Of a stretch of DNA of 64,000 nt, positions 1 through 10,705 are shown one piece after another. The notes beneath the pieces were generated by a model, which had not been told where the DNA came from, did no database searches, and saw nothing but the letters and a program-made list of their open reading frames with translations. Source of the DNA: Betaproteobacteria bacterium (GTDB lineage: Bacteria > Pseudomonadota > Gammaproteobacteria > Burkholderiales > SG8-39); assembly GCA_022340285.1 (NCBI GenBank), contig JAJDOG010000010.1, positions 11,624 through 75,623 of the forward strand, read 5' to 3'. The position numbers and the translations under genes are program-made. Within the stretch, counting starts at the first letter, position 1. The number at the start of each line of letters is the position of its first letter.

Positions 1-63
1 TGCGGTGACCAATATTTCCCGTAGAATCGGCCCGACTCAACTGACAAGAAGTACAACCTCTTA

Positions 64-1230
64 ATGGCCTTCTCCGGTCTGTTTGACCTCTCCTGGTGGG
101 AGGTAGCAATCGTCGCGTTCGTGCTGACGCACATCACCATCGCATCGGTGACGATTTTCCTGCACCGGTGCCAGGCGCATCGTGCGCTAGACCTGCACCC
201 CGTGGTCTCGCATTTCTTCCGCCTCTGGCTGTGGCTAACGACCGGCATGAACACCAAGGAGTGGGCGGCGATTCACCGCAAGCACCACGCCAAGTGCGAA
301 ACGGTCGACGATCCGCATAGTCCGCAGATCTACGGCATCAACCGAGTGCTCTGGGGCGGGGTGTTTCTCTACGTCAAGGAATCCCACAACGCCGAGACGC
401 TGGAGCGGTACGGCCACGGGACGCCCGACGACTGGATCGAGCGAAATCTCTACGCAAGGTTCACGGTGATGGGGCTGGTCCTGATGGGGCTCGTCAACAT
501 TGCGCTCTTCGGCATCGTGCCGGGGCTGGCGATCCTCGCGGTGCAGATCGTGTGGATCCCGTTCTGGGCCGCCGGCGTCATCAACGGCATCGGCCACTAC
601 TTCGGCTACCGGAGCTGGGCCACGCCGGATGCCAGCACCAACATCATTCCGTTCGGGATCTTGATCGGCGGTGAGGAGCTCCACAACAATCACCACGCCT
701 ATGCATCGTCGGCCAAGCTATCGAACAAATGGTACGAGTTCGATATCGGCTGGATGTACATTTGGATTCTCGAGGCGCTGGGGCTTGCCAAGGTGAAGAA
801 GCTGCCCCCGACGCCGCGCTTTGCACCGGCCAAGCCGGCGATCGACCTGGAGACGCTCCAGGCGGTCATCGCGAACCGCTACGATGTGCTCGCCAAGTAC
901 GCGAAGTCGTTGAAGGCGACGTATGCCGAAGAGCTGAAGCGGCTCGCTCCGCACGATGCTCAGGTGCTGCGCCGTCTCAAGCGCTGGTTGACGCACGATG
1001 AGAGCAAGCTCGAGGAAGTCCAGCGAACCCGGATCGAGGACGGCCTCGCCCGGAGCAACGCGCTCTCCACCGTGTACACCATGCGGCGCGACCTGCTGGC
1101 CCTCTGGGAGCGGTCGCACGCCTCGCGTGACCAGCTCGTCAGGCAGCTCCAGGACTGGTGTCAGCGCGCGGAGGCCACCGGCATCCGTCCGCTGGTCGAG
1201 TTTTCGCGCGGGTTGCGCTGCTACGCCTGA
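64..1230 (+). CDS. desA: DesA-type membrane fatty acid (acyl-CoA) delta-9 desaturase
   Basis: His boxes HRCQAH, HRKHH and HNNHH; hydrophobic helices; soluble helical C-terminal extension typical of proteobacterial DesA. Confidence 0.85.
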   Translation: MAFSGLFDLSWWEVAIVAFVLTHITIASVTIFLHRCQAHRALDLHPVVSHFFRLWLWLTTGMNTKEWAAIHRKHHAKCETVDDPHSPQIYGINRVLWGGVFLYVKESHNAETLERYGHGTPDDWIERNLYARFTVMGLVLMGLVNIALFGIVPGLAILAVQIVWIPFWAAGVINGIGHYFGYRSWATPDASTNIIPFGILIGGEELHNNHHAYASSAKLSNKWYEFDIGWMYIWILEALGLAKVKKLPPTPRFAPAKPAIDLETLQAVIANRYDVLAKYAKSLKATYAEELKRLAPHDAQVLRRLKRWLTHDESKLEEVQRTRIEDGLARSNALSTVYTMRRDLLALWERSHASRDQLVRQLQDWCQRAEATGIRPLVEFSRGLRCYA

Positions 1231-1263
1231 TCTGGCGGCCTCGCTCCGCAGCAGGAGCAACGC

Positions 1264-1289
1264 AAAAGCCCGCCGAGAGGCGGGCTTTT
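1264..1289. terminator. Bidirectional intrinsic terminator between desA and rpmG
   Basis: AAAAGCCCGCC-GAGA-GGCGGGCTTTT perfect stem with A/T tails between convergent genes. Confidence 0.85.
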
Positions 1290-1331
1290 CGTTTGTGGCC
1301 GTTCCTGCCTGGCCAATGCGCGTGAGCGCGA

Positions 1332-1487
1332 CTACTTGAGCTTCGTTTCCTTGTAGATGACGTGCTTGCGCGCCTTGGGATCGAATTTCTTGATTTCGAT
1401 CTTATCCGGCGTCGTGCGCTTGTTCTTGGTCGTCGTGTAGAAGTGGCCGGTCCCGGCCGTGGATTCGAGCTTGATCTTGTCGCGCAT
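1332..1487 (-). CDS. rpmG: 50S ribosomal protein L33 (Cys-free form); missing from the ORF track
   Basis: Hand translation [51 protein letters not shown], 51 aa, AGGAG RBS, directly downstream of rpmB. Confidence 0.97.
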   Translation of the reverse strand: MRDKIKLESTAGTGHFYTTTKNKRTTPDKIEIKKFDPKARKHVIYKETKLK

Positions 1488-1533
1488 GGAATGGTCTCCT
1501 AGAAGCTGGCTTCCTGGAATTCGGATCTCGGGG

Positions 1534-1767
1534 TCAGATCTTGCCCTGCTCGCGCAGCTCGGCGAGCACGACGTCGATGCCCTTCTTGTCGATCAGCCGC
1601 AGGCCGGCGTTCGAGACGCGCAGGCTGACCCAGCGCTTCTGCGATTCCACCCAGAATCGGCGATATTGAAGATTGGGCAGGAAGCGCCGCTTCGTCCTGT
1701 TGTTGGCGTGGGAAACGTGGTTTCCCACCATCGGCTTCTTGCCCGTGATCTGGCACACTCGCGCCAT
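1534..1767 (-). CDS. rpmB: 50S ribosomal protein L28
   Basis: [33 protein letters not shown] signature. Confidence 0.97.
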   Translation of the reverse strand: MARVCQITGKKPMVGNHVSHANNRTKRRFLPNLQYRRFWVESQKRWVSLRVSNAGLRLIDKKGIDVVLAELREQGKI

Positions 1768-1796
1768 GACAACTTCTCCGGTTCGGCAAATCGCGC

Positions 1797-1826
1797 ATTA
1801 TAGGCGACAACGCCGCGGCGCTTCAA
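1797..1826 (-). promoter_or_regulatory. Sigma70 promoter of rpmB-rpmG
   Basis: Minus strand TTGAAG-N18-TATAAT about 30 nt upstream of rpmB. Confidence 0.6.
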
Positions 1827-1839
1827 GCCTTTGTCGGAA

Positions 1840-2514
1840 TTAGATTAATCCCCGCTCGGCGAACGAAGTGACCGCGCCACGCCCGATCACGAAATGGTCC
1901 AGGACCCGCACGTCGACGAGCGCCAAGGCCCGCTTGAGCGTTTCCGTGAGCGTCTGGTCCGCCTGACTCGGCTCGGCGATTCCTGATGGATGATTGTGGG
2001 CGAAGATGACGGAGGCCGCATTGTGGCGCATGGCGCACTTCACGATTTCGCGCGGGTAGACGCTGGTTTGCGTGAGCGTTCCCTGAAAGAGCTCCTCCTG
2101 GGCGATCACGCGGTGCTGGGCATCGAGGAGCACCGCCACGAATGCCTCGCGCGCGCGGTTTTCGAGCGTCAGCCTGAGGTAGTCCCGCACTGCTCCCGGC
2201 GAGGCGAGGGCGTCGCCGGTCGCGCTCGTTTCGCGGAGGGCGCGCCTTGCAAGCTCGAATGCCGCTTGAAGCTGCGCGTACTTTGCGGTTCCGATCCCCG
2301 GGACGGCATTGAACGCCGCAACGTCCGCTCCAAAGAGCGCAGAGAGCGAACCGAAGCGATCGATCAGGGTCCGCCCGAGATCGACCGCGCTCCGACCCCG
2401 GACCCCGGTCCGTAGAAAGATCGCGAGCAGCTCGGCATCCGAGAGCGCCTGGGGGCCGCCGGCAAGCAGCTTCTCGCGCGGGCGCTCGCGCGCCGGCCAA
2501 CTGGCGATTCCCAT
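1840..2514 (-). CDS. radC: RadC/YicR JAB-domain protein
   Basis: ERPREKLL N-terminus, HNHPSG...S..D JAMM motif, LDHFVIG; coaBC-radC-rpmB synteny. Confidence 0.95.
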   Translation of the reverse strand: MGIASWPARERPREKLLAGGPQALSDAELLAIFLRTGVRGRSAVDLGRTLIDRFGSLSALFGADVAAFNAVPGIGTAKYAQLQAAFELARRALRETSATGDALASPGAVRDYLRLTLENRAREAFVAVLLDAQHRVIAQEELFQGTLTQTSVYPREIVKCAMRHNAASVIFAHNHPSGIAEPSQADQTLTETLKRALALVDVRVLDHFVIGRGAVTSFAERGLI

Positions 2515-2576
2515 GGCTGCTCTCCGAGTTCGCGTAGAATCAGCATTTTACGGCGCACGGCCGAAAGCCTGGCGAC

Positions 2577-3767
2577 ATGTCGGACCTGGCCAACAAGAGA
2601 ATTCTGCTCGGCGTCACCGGCGGGATCGCCGCCTACAAGGCGGCTGAGCTGACGCGGCTGCTGGTGAAGGCAGGCGCGGACGTGCGTGCGGTGATGACGG
2701 AGAGCGCGTGCCGCTTCATCACGCCGACCACGCTTCAGGCCCTGTCCGGCAATCCTGCCTACACGGACATGTGGGATCCCGGCGTGCCGAACAACATGGC
2801 GCACATCGAGCTGTCCCGCGACCGCGACCTGGTTCTGGTGGCACCGGCCACCGCGGACTTCCTGGCGAAAGTTGCTGCAGGCCTCGGCGACGATCTGCTC
2901 TCGACCCTGTGTCTGGCGCGCGAGTGTCCCCTTGCGGTGGCGCCCGCGATGAATCGGCAGATGTGGGAGCACCCCGCCACGCAACGTAACATCGCGACCT
3001 TGCGCGCCGATGGGGTCGCCATCCTTGGCCCCGAAGCGGGCGATCAGGCTTGCGGGGAAACGGGCATGGGGCGGATGGAAGAACCGACCGCGCTGGTAGC
3101 CGGCATCACGGCGCTCTTCGGGCCGCAACGCCTGGCGGGCAAACGCGTCCTCGTCACGGCAGGGCCGACATTCGAGCCGATCGACACGGTACGTGGCCTC
3201 ACCAACCTGAGCTCCGGAAAGATGGGCTTCGCCGTCGCGCAGGCCGCGGCCGAGGCCGGGGCGGCGGTGACGCTGGTCGCAGGACCTGCATCCCTTCCCA
3301 CTCCGCCCGGCGTGAAACGCGAGAACGTCACGACGGCCCGCGAGATGCATGATGCGGTGATGGCGCACGCCGCCGGGTCCGACATCTTCATCGCCGTAGC
3401 GGCCGTCGCGGACTATCGGGTAGCAGATCCGAAGGATTTCAAGCTGAAGAAAGACGCGGGCGCGCCGAAGCTCGCGCTCGTCGAGAATCCGGACATCCTC
3501 GCCTCGGTGGCTGGCCTCCCGAATCCGCCGTTCTGCGTGGGGTTCGCTGCGGAGACCGAGAACCTGCGCGAGCATGCTCAGACCAAGCGCAAGAAGCGGC
3601 GGGTTCCGCTGCTCGCCGCGAATCTCGCGCAGCACGCGTTCGGCGCCGACGACAACGCGCTCACCCTGTTCGACGACTCCGGCGAGCATGAGCTCCCTCG
3701 CGCGCCCAAGATCGCATTGGCCCGTCAGCTCGTGGCGCACATCGCGCGCATGATCGACAGACATTGA
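2577..3767 (+). CDS. coaBC: Bifunctional phosphopantothenoylcysteine decarboxylase/synthetase
   Basis: [47 protein letters not shown] motifs. Confidence 0.97.
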   Translation: MSDLANKRILLGVTGGIAAYKAAELTRLLVKAGADVRAVMTESACRFITPTTLQALSGNPAYTDMWDPGVPNNMAHIELSRDRDLVLVAPATADFLAKVAAGLGDDLLSTLCLARECPLAVAPAMNRQMWEHPATQRNIATLRADGVAILGPEAGDQACGETGMGRMEEPTALVAGITALFGPQRLAGKRVLVTAGPTFEPIDTVRGLTNLSSGKMGFAVAQAAAEAGAAVTLVAGPASLPTPPGVKRENVTTAREMHDAVMAHAAGSDIFIAVAAVADYRVADPKDFKLKKDAGAPKLALVENPDILASVAGLPNPPFCVGFAAETENLREHAQTKRKKRRVPLLAANLAQHAFGADDNALTLFDDSGEHELPRAPKIALARQLVAHIARMIDRH

Positions 3768-4216
3768 TGCCGGTCATCGACGTCAGGATCCTCGACGCGC
3801 GGCTGCACGAGATGCCGCCGAAATACGCAACGCATGGCGCTGCCGGAATCGACCTGCGTGCATGCATCGACGCGCCGCTCGTCGTTGCGCCCGGTAAGGC
3901 GGAGCTGATTCCCAGCGGCATCGCGATTCATCTCGAGGATCCCGGCCTTGCGGCCATGGTGCTGCCGCGATCCGGTCTGGGACACAAGCACGGGATCGTG
4001 CTCGGCAACCTGGTGGGATTGATCGACTCGGACTACCAGGGACAGGTGATGGTCTCGGTCTGGAATCGCTCGGCGCAGCCGTACACGCTACAGCCGATGG
4101 ATCGCATCGCGCAGCTGGTCGTCGTGCCCGTCCTGCAAGTCGGGCTGAACATCGTGGAAGAGTTTGCCGCCAGCCAGCGCGGTGAAGGCGGGTTTGGCAG
4201 CACCGGGACGGGCTAG
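3767..4216 (+). CDS. dut: dUTP pyrophosphatase
   Basis: [32 protein letters not shown]; ATG overlaps the coaBC stop (TGATG). Confidence 0.97.
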   Translation: MPVIDVRILDARLHEMPPKYATHGAAGIDLRACIDAPLVVAPGKAELIPSGIAIHLEDPGLAAMVLPRSGLGHKHGIVLGNLVGLIDSDYQGQVMVSVWNRSAQPYTLQPMDRIAQLVVVPVLQVGLNIVEEFAASQRGEGGFGSTGTG

Positions 4217-5499
4217 CCGAGCGCGTCGTTCCAGATATTCAGCGCCCACCCGTCTGCGAACTGCTTCTCGAGCGCGCTGCTCGACGGCGAAACGCCTCCC
4301 GCGCCGAAGACAGGGAGGAGTGTCTTCTTTGCTGCATCCCAGTGGTGGACGGAGGTGACGTGCATGGCCTCCGTTGCGCTCACGTAGCTGTAGCAGGTGT
4401 TGTTGATCATCGGCGTCTGGTTGACCGGTTTCCCGGTCGTCAGCGCGACGATCGCCGCTGCGGCCAGCTTGCCCTGCTGGTTGGCCATCGAGCCGGACTT
4501 GGGCATTCCCGGCGCGGACTGCGTCGCGTCGCCGATGACGTGCACGTTCGGCACCACCGTCGACTCCGCGGTCAGCCAGTTCACCTCGCACCACCGATTG
4601 TTCGCGGTCACGACTCCGGCGGCGTGCGCAATCGCACCGGCCGTCTGGGGTGGCACGACGTTCAGCACGTCGCCCTTGATCGAGTCGAACTCGGTCTTGA
4701 CCGTCATCGTCCGCAGATCGACGTCCTTTGCCTCCTGGTTCGGCTGGTAATCGATGTACCCCTTGTAGAGCGTGTCCCAGGCCGCCTGGAACAGCTTGCC
4801 CTTGGACGTGATCTGGGGATTCGCATCGAGCACCACGACCTTGGAGCGCGGCTTGGCGCGCTTGAAGTAGTCGGCGACCTGGCAGACGCGCTCGTACGGC
4901 CCGGGCGGGCACCGGTAGGGCGCTTTGGGGATCGAGAATACGAACACGCCCCCGTCCTGCATCGCCTCGAGCTGATTGCGTAGCGCGACGGTCTGCTCGC
5001 CGGCCTTCCACGCGTGTGGAACGCGGCGCTGCGCCTCCGGAGTGTTCAGGCCCGGGATCTGGTCGTACAGGAAATCGATGCCCGGAGCGAGCACGACGCG
5101 GTCGTAGGTGAGATTGCCGTACTTGTTGGACTTGAACTTGACCACGCGCTTCGCCGTGTCGATTTCGGCGATCTCGCCCTGCACGACCGCGACGCCGTGG
5201 TTCTTCTGCAAGCGCTCGTAACCGAAGGTGTTCTGCGCGATGTTGCGCGAGCCGCCGAGAATCAGGTTCGAAAGGGGGCACGAGACAAACTTCGCTTCCC
5301 GCTCGATCATGAAGACCTGGATGGCTCCCTCGCTCCACATGCGGAGATACTTCGATACCGTTGCCCCGCCGAATCCACCGCCGATGACGATGACGCGCCC
5401 GACGGGCTTCGGCGGTCCCATGACGCAACCCGCCAGCGTGGCGGCGGCGCCAGCGCCGACGAGCCTGATGAAGTCGCGACGGTCGAAGTCAGGTGACAT
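4213..5499 (-). CDS. fccB: Flavocytochrome c sulfide dehydrogenase, flavoprotein subunit (FccB/SoxF family)
   Basis: Tat motif RRDFIR, GGGFGG FAD fold, [11 protein letters not shown] and NNTCYS catalytic Cys motifs, MPKSG. Confidence 0.88.
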   Translation of the reverse strand: MSPDFDRRDFIRLVGAGAAATLAGCVMGPPKPVGRVIVIGGGFGGATVSKYLRMWSEGAIQVFMIEREAKFVSCPLSNLILGGSRNIAQNTFGYERLQKNHGVAVVQGEIAEIDTAKRVVKFKSNKYGNLTYDRVVLAPGIDFLYDQIPGLNTPEAQRRVPHAWKAGEQTVALRNQLEAMQDGGVFVFSIPKAPYRCPPGPYERVCQVADYFKRAKPRSKVVVLDANPQITSKGKLFQAAWDTLYKGYIDYQPNQEAKDVDLRTMTVKTEFDSIKGDVLNVVPPQTAGAIAHAAGVVTANNRWCEVNWLTAESTVVPNVHVIGDATQSAPGMPKSGSMANQQGKLAAAAIVALTTGKPVNQTPMINNTCYSYVSATEAMHVTSVHHWDAAKKTLLPVFGAGGVSPSSSALEKQFADGWALNIWNDALG

Positions 5500-5511
5500 G
5501 CTCCGCCTCGC

Positions 5512-5826
5512 CTACTTGCCGGCTGGCTTCTGGTCGGAAAAGTACTCGGCGATCGCCTCGACCTGCGCGTCGGTGTAACCCTTGACGATCTGGTTCATGA
5601 TCGTCGCCGGCTTCTTGCCCTCGCGAAAGAGCCTGAGGGTCGCGACGATCTCTTTTGCCGGCCGGCCGGCGAGAGGTTCGGTGATTCCGGCGCTTCTGCC
5701 GTCGGTCCCGTGGCACATCGCGCAGCTCGCCGCCAGGTTTCGGCCCAGCAGGGGATCGGGTGCCTGAGCATGCGTGGTCAGCGGCAGCACCATGAGTGCC
5801 GCGGCAAGAGGCAAGCAGCATTTCAT
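5512..5826 (-). CDS. Monoheme c-type cytochrome, FccA-like partner subunit
   Basis: Signal peptide, single CAMCH heme motif, distal Met in ATIM; directly upstream of fccB. Confidence 0.85.
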   Translation of the reverse strand: MKCCLPLAAALMVLPLTTHAQAPDPLLGRNLAASCAMCHGTDGRSAGITEPLAGRPAKEIVATLRLFREGKKPATIMNQIVKGYTDAQVEAIAEYFSDQKPAGK

Positions 5827-5881
5827 GAGGTAATCGATCGGGAGGTGCGCAGCATTCGCGCACCGGCAGCCGCGGCGCCCG

Positions 5882-8173
5882 TCAGTCGGCTTCTGTCGGT
5901 TCCGGTGCCTTCTTCTCCGGCGGAGGCGTCTCGTCCTGTGCGCGCAGCAGGACGTTGCCGTCCTCGCCCATGTCCACGATCACCTTCCCGCCGTTCGAAA
6001 GCCCGCCGAAAAGCAGTTCGTCGGCCAGCGCGCGCCGGATCGTGTCCTGGATGAGCCGCGCCATCGGGCGGGCCCCCATGACCGGGTCGAATCCCTTCTC
6101 GGCGAGGAACGCCTTCAGCTTGTCGGTGAAGACGGCCTCGACCTTCTTCTCGTGGAGCTGTTCCTCGAGCTGCATGAGGAACTTGTCGACCACCCGCAGG
6201 ATGATCTCGTGATCGAGCGACGCGAACGAGATGATGGCGTCCAGCCGGTTGCGGAATTCCGGCGTGAACATGCGCCGGATCTCGGCCATCTCGTCGCCCG
6301 CTTCCTTCTTCGCCGTGAAGCCCATTACTGCCTTGTTGAGCGCTTCGGCGCCGGCATTGGTGGTCATGACGATGATCACGTTCCGGAAGTCCGCCTTCCT
6401 CCCGTTGTTGTCGGTGAGGGTGCCGTGATCCATCACCTGGAGGAGGATATTGAAGATGTCGGGATGCGCCTTCTCGATCTCGTCGAGCAGCAGCACCGAG
6501 TACGGCTTCTTGGAGATCGCCTCGGTGAGAAGACCGCCCTGGTCGAAGCCTACGTATCCGGGTGGCGCGCCGATCAGACGGCTCACGGCGTGGCGCTCCA
6601 TGTATTCGGACATGTCGAATCGGATGAGCTCGATTCCCATGCAGTAGGCGAGCTGGCGCGCGACTTCCGTCTTGCCCACGCCCGTGGGTCCGGAGAACAG
6701 GAAGTTGCCGATCGGCTTCTGCGGATTGCCGAGGCCCGATCGCGCGGTGCGAATGGCCGCGACGAGCGCGTCGATCGCCTTGTCCTGACCGAACACGACC
6801 GCCTTGAGATCCCGGTCCAGGTTCTTGAGCGCTGCCCGATCGTCGAGCGAGACGGTGGCCGGGGGGATGCGCGCGATCTTGGAGATGATCTCCTCGATCT
6901 CGCCCTTACCGATGACCCGCTTCTGCCGCGACTTGGGCAGGATCTTCTGCGCCGCGCCGGCCTCGTCGATCACGTCGATCGCTTTGTCCGGGAGATGCCG
7001 GTCGGTGATGTACCGGGACGAAAGCTCGACCGCGCTCGACAGGGCCGCCGACGAGTACTTGACCCCGTGGTGCGCCTCGAAGCGGCTCTTCAGCCCGCGC
7101 AGGATTTCGACGGTCTCCTCGAGCGAGGGCTCGGTGACGTCGATCTTCTGGAAGCGCCGCGAGAGCGCGTGATCCTTCTCGAAGATGCCGCGGTATTCAT
7201 TGTAGGTCGTTGCGCCGATGCACTTCAGCTGGCCGGTGGAGAGGGCGGGCTTCAGGAGGTTCGACGCATCGAGCGTGCCGCCCGATGCCGCGCCGGCGCC
7301 AATCAGCGTGTGGATCTCGTCGATGAACAGGATCGCGTTCGGATTGTCGACCAGCTGCTTCAGCACGGCTTTCAGCCGCTGCTCGAAGTCGCCGCGGTAC
7401 TTCGTTCCGGCGAGCAGCGCGCCCATGTCCAGCGAATAGACCTGGCAGCGCGAGAGGATTTCCGGGACTTGACCCTCGACGATCCGTCGCGCGAGGCCCT
7501 CCGCGATCGCGGTCTTGCCCACGCCCGCCTCGCCGACCAGGAGCGGATTGTTCTTGCGCCGCCGACAGAGGGTCTGGATGACCCGTTCGAGCTCGCGTTC
7601 CCGACCGATCAGCGGGTCGATCTTGCCGGTAAGCGCCAGGGCGTTGAGGTTGAGGGTATAGGTCTCGAGCGCGCCGCCGGACTGCTGACCCGGCTCCTCC
7701 TCGGCTTCCGCATCGCCCGGTTTGGGCTGCTGGGGTTGCGGCGACTTGGCGATGCCGTGCGAGATGTAGTTGACCACGTCGAGCCGCGTTACGCCCTGCT
7801 GGTGCAGGAAGTAGACCGCGTGCGAGTCCTTCTCGCCGAAGATCGCGACCAGCACGTTCGCGCCGGTGACCTCCTTCTTGCCCGATGACTGGACGTGCAG
7901 GATCGCGCGCTGGATGACGCGCTGAAAACCCAGGGTTGGCTGCGTGTCGATCTCTTCGGTACCCGCCACGGTCGGGGTATGCGCGCCGATGAACTCGGCG
8001 AGCTGCTTGCGCAACTCGTCGATGCTTGCGGCGCAGGCCCGCAGCACTTCGGCGGCCGTCGGGTTGTCCAGCAGGGCGAGCAGCAGATGCTCGACCGTGA
8101 TGAACTCGTGGCGCTTCTGGCGCGCCTCGACGAAGGCCATGTGGAGGCTGACCTCCAGCTCCTGGGCGATCAT
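5882..8173 (-). CDS. clpA: ATP-dependent Clp protease ATP-binding subunit ClpA
   Basis: [11 protein letters not shown] start; Walker A motifs GEAGVGKT and GPTGVGKT; follows clpS. Confidence 0.97.
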   Translation of the reverse strand: MIAQELEVSLHMAFVEARQKRHEFITVEHLLLALLDNPTAAEVLRACAASIDELRKQLAEFIGAHTPTVAGTEEIDTQPTLGFQRVIQRAILHVQSSGKKEVTGANVLVAIFGEKDSHAVYFLHQQGVTRLDVVNYISHGIAKSPQPQQPKPGDAEAEEEPGQQSGGALETYTLNLNALALTGKIDPLIGRERELERVIQTLCRRRKNNPLLVGEAGVGKTAIAEGLARRIVEGQVPEILSRCQVYSLDMGALLAGTKYRGDFEQRLKAVLKQLVDNPNAILFIDEIHTLIGAGAASGGTLDASNLLKPALSTGQLKCIGATTYNEYRGIFEKDHALSRRFQKIDVTEPSLEETVEILRGLKSRFEAHHGVKYSSAALSSAVELSSRYITDRHLPDKAIDVIDEAGAAQKILPKSRQKRVIGKGEIEEIISKIARIPPATVSLDDRAALKNLDRDLKAVVFGQDKAIDALVAAIRTARSGLGNPQKPIGNFLFSGPTGVGKTEVARQLAYCMGIELIRFDMSEYMERHAVSRLIGAPPGYVGFDQGGLLTEAISKKPYSVLLLDEIEKAHPDIFNILLQVMDHGTLTDNNGRKADFRNVIIVMTTNAGAEALNKAVMGFTAKKEAGDEMAEIRRMFTPEFRNRLDAIISFASLDHEIILRVVDKFLMQLEEQLHEKKVEAVFTDKLKAFLAEKGFDPVMGARPMARLIQDTIRRALADELLFGGLSNGGKVIVDMGEDGNVLLRAQDETPPPEKKAPEPTEAD

Positions 8174-8175
8174 TT

Positions 8176-8484
8176 CTAAGTTTCCTCCATCACGCACTGC
8201 AGCGGATGCTGGTGCTTGCGGGCGTAGGAAATCACTTGCTCCACCTTCGTCGTTGCAATGTCCCGGGGAAAGACTCCGCAGACGCCCATGCCTTCGCGGT
8301 GCACCTTGAGCATGACCTGTGTGGCCTTCTCGCGGTTCATCGCGAAGAACGACTGCAGAACGACGACCACGAACTCCATGGGGGTGTAGTCATCATTCAA
8401 CAGTATCACCTTGAACAGGGGCGGTGGCTTGAGCTTCGTCTTCTTGGGCTCAAGAACCGTCCCCTCACGCATCCGAGTTGCCAT
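8176..8484 (-). CDS. clpS: Clp protease adaptor ClpS
   Basis: [15 protein letters not shown] and HPLQC motifs; start re-chosen at MATR. Confidence 0.95.
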   Translation of the reverse strand: MATRMREGTVLEPKKTKLKPPPLFKVILLNDDYTPMEFVVVVLQSFFAMNREKATQVMLKVHREGMGVCGVFPRDIATTKVEQVISYARKHQHPLQCVMEET

Positions 8485-8670
8485 ACCCCATTCACCGACC
8501 CACACTAATGCCAGACGCACGCACCCGTCAATTCCAATGACCGCGCGGCGGCGAGGTAATTCACCGGGTCTTCGCTTCAGCCCAATCGTAGCCAGAGATC
8601 GGTGCCCGTGCAATGACCTCCGACGGCGGAGAAGGCCTGTCGCGTCAGGGGGTTGTGTTCAGTCCGCCCC

Positions 8671-8699
8671 TTGACGCATAGTGCGGAAGCGCGTAAAAA
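8671..8699 (+). promoter_or_regulatory. Putative sigma70 promoter of the cold-shock gene, giving a long (~155 nt) 5' UTR
   Basis: TTGACG-N17-TAAAAA; long leaders are typical of csp mRNAs. Confidence 0.45.
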
Positions 8700-8862
8700 C
8701 CCCGCTTGTGTTTGCTCTTTTAGGCAGTATGCAGGTCGTGCGGTATACCGTGCGGTGAACGGGTCGTTTGGTATACAAGTTGCATGTCTTACGGCTGGCT
8801 CGGAGCGCAGGCATAGGAGGGGGGAAATAACCCCTAGGGTGCAATTACTCAGGGATGGTTCT

Positions 8863-9069
8863 ATGCCAACTGGTACGGTTAAGTGGTTCAACGACGCAAA
8901 GGGTTTTGGTTTCATTACGCCTGACGACGGTGGCGAGGATCTGTTCGCGCATTTCTCGGCGATCCAGATGTCCGGCTTCAAGTCGCTAAAGGAAGGCCAG
9001 AAGGTCTCCTTCGAGATCGTGCAGGGCCCCAAGGGGAAGCAAGCCTCGAACATCCAGGCTGCGAGTTGA
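8863..9069 (+). CDS. Cold-shock domain protein (cspD position, divergent from clpS)
   Basis: [15 protein letters not shown] (RNP1) and LFAHFSAI (RNP2); 68 aa. Confidence 0.95.
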   Translation: MPTGTVKWFNDAKGFGFITPDDGGEDLFAHFSAIQMSGFKSLKEGQKVSFEIVQGPKGKQASNIQAAS

Positions 9070-9110
9070 GCGCGGCGCATCCGGCGCCTGCTCAATCTTC
9101 GTTTTCCAGG

Positions 9111-9134
9111 GCCCCGCGGATGCGGGGCTTTTTT
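9111..9134 (+). terminator. Intrinsic terminator after the csp gene
   Basis: GCCCCGC-GGAT-GCGGGGC followed by TTTTTT. Confidence 0.85.
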
Positions 9135-9210
9135 CATGTCCCGCCGCGTCACGCGGCCACACTCTGACCGCTTCCGCGGGCCCCGCGGACCGGGGCTTCC
9201 CGGGACCCGT

Positions 9211-10470
9211 TCAGTAAGCCTTGATCCGCTCGACCATCGCGGCGCCGAAACCGGAGCAGCTGACCTCCTTGGCGTCGGACATCAGGCGCGCGAAGTCGTA
9301 CGTGACGACCTTGCTCGAGATCGTGTCCTCCATCGAGCGGATGATCAGATCGGCCGCCTCGCGCCACGCCATGTGGCGAAGCATCATCTCAGCGGAGAGG
9401 ATGAGCGACCCCGGATTGACCTTGTCCTGTCCGGCATATTTCGGCGCGGTGCCGTGCGTTGCTTCGAAGTTCGCCACCGTGTCAGACAGGTTCGCGCCGG
9501 GGGCGATGCCGATGCCGCCGACCTCCGCAGCGAGTGCATCCGAGACGTAGTCGCCATTCAGGTTCAGCGTCGCGATCACGTCGTACTCCGCTGGGCGCAG
9601 CAGGATTTGCTGCAGGAACGCGTCCGTGATCACGTCCTTCACGACGATCTCGCGTCCGGTCTTGGGGTTCTTGAGCACGTGCCAGGGGCCCCCATCGAGC
9701 GGTTTCGCGCCGAACTCGCGGCTCGCCAGGCCGTAGCCCCAGTCGCGGAACCCACCCTCGGTGAACTTCTGGATGTTGCCTTTGTGCACGAGTGTCACCG
9801 ACTTGCGGTCATTGTCGATGGCATATTGAAAAGCCCTGCGGATCAACCGCTCCGACCCCTCAATCGACACCGGCTTGATTCCGATCGCCGAGCTCTCGGG
9901 AAAGCGGATCTTCTTGACCCCCATCTCCTCACGCAGGAACTTGATGACCTTGTTCGCGCCCTCGCTCTTGGCCGGCCACTCGATGCCCGCGTAGATGTCC
10001 TCTGAGTTCTCACGAAAGATCACCATGTCGACCTTCTCCGGCTCCTTGAGCGGCGAGGGCACACCCCGGAAATAGCGCACGGGACGCAGGCACACGTAGA
10101 GATCGAGTTCCTGCCGCAGCGCGACGTTCAGCGAGCGGATGCCGCCACCCACCGGCGTGGTCAGCGGGCCCTTGATCGAGACCGAATACTCCTTAACCGC
10201 GGCGAGCGTCTCTTCGGGCATCCACATGTCGCCGCCGTAGACGCGAGTGGCCTTCTCGCCGGCATAGATCTCCATCCAGTGAATCTTGCGCTTGCCGCCG
10301 TAGGCTTTTTCGACCGCCGCATCGACGACCTTGATCATCACTGGGGAAATATCCACGCCGGTGCCGTCGCCTTCGATGTAGGGGATGATCGGATTGTCGG
10401 GAACCGGCTTGCCGGGAACGATCTTGCTTCCGCCCTGGGGAACCTTGATGTGCGAGGTGGCTGTGGCCAT
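9211..10470 (-). CDS. icd: NADP-dependent isocitrate dehydrogenase (dimeric type)
   Basis: [30 protein letters not shown] (includes the AceK-target Ser), [12 protein letters not shown]. Confidence 0.97.
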   Translation of the reverse strand: MATATSHIKVPQGGSKIVPGKPVPDNPIIPYIEGDGTGVDISPVMIKVVDAAVEKAYGGKRKIHWMEIYAGEKATRVYGGDMWMPEETLAAVKEYSVSIKGPLTTPVGGGIRSLNVALRQELDLYVCLRPVRYFRGVPSPLKEPEKVDMVIFRENSEDIYAGIEWPAKSEGANKVIKFLREEMGVKKIRFPESSAIGIKPVSIEGSERLIRRAFQYAIDNDRKSVTLVHKGNIQKFTEGGFRDWGYGLASREFGAKPLDGGPWHVLKNPKTGREIVVKDVITDAFLQQILLRPAEYDVIATLNLNGDYVSDALAAEVGGIGIAPGANLSDTVANFEATHGTAPKYAGQDKVNPGSLILSAEMMLRHMAWREAADLIIRSMEDTISSKVVTYDFARLMSDAKEVSCSGFGAAMVERIKAY

Positions 10471-10705
10471 TGCTGCTCCGTAAGCTGCTGCGTATGTGGG
10501 GTTGTCGACCGACGGCTCCCGGCCGCGATAAGCGCGAATTATGCGCCAAACAGCCCCCTTCTTGCCATCCGCCGACCGGCAAAGAGGCCGTCGGTGCACC
10601 GCCCCGGACTGCGAATTTGCGGCTATTCTCGGAACTTACGAACAATTTGATCCGGGCTAGCTTGCCCGCAACGGCACCAGCCTTGATTTTCGAGTCGCCT
10701 TCCAG

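Noticed and set aside
64-1230. Transposase fused to the desaturase C-terminus
   Set aside because: This helical tail is a normal part of proteobacterial DesA; no inverted repeats or catalytic transposase core
1840-2514. radC as a mobile-element or anti-defence marker
   Set aside because: Full-length chromosomal form in the conserved coaBC-radC-rpmB context
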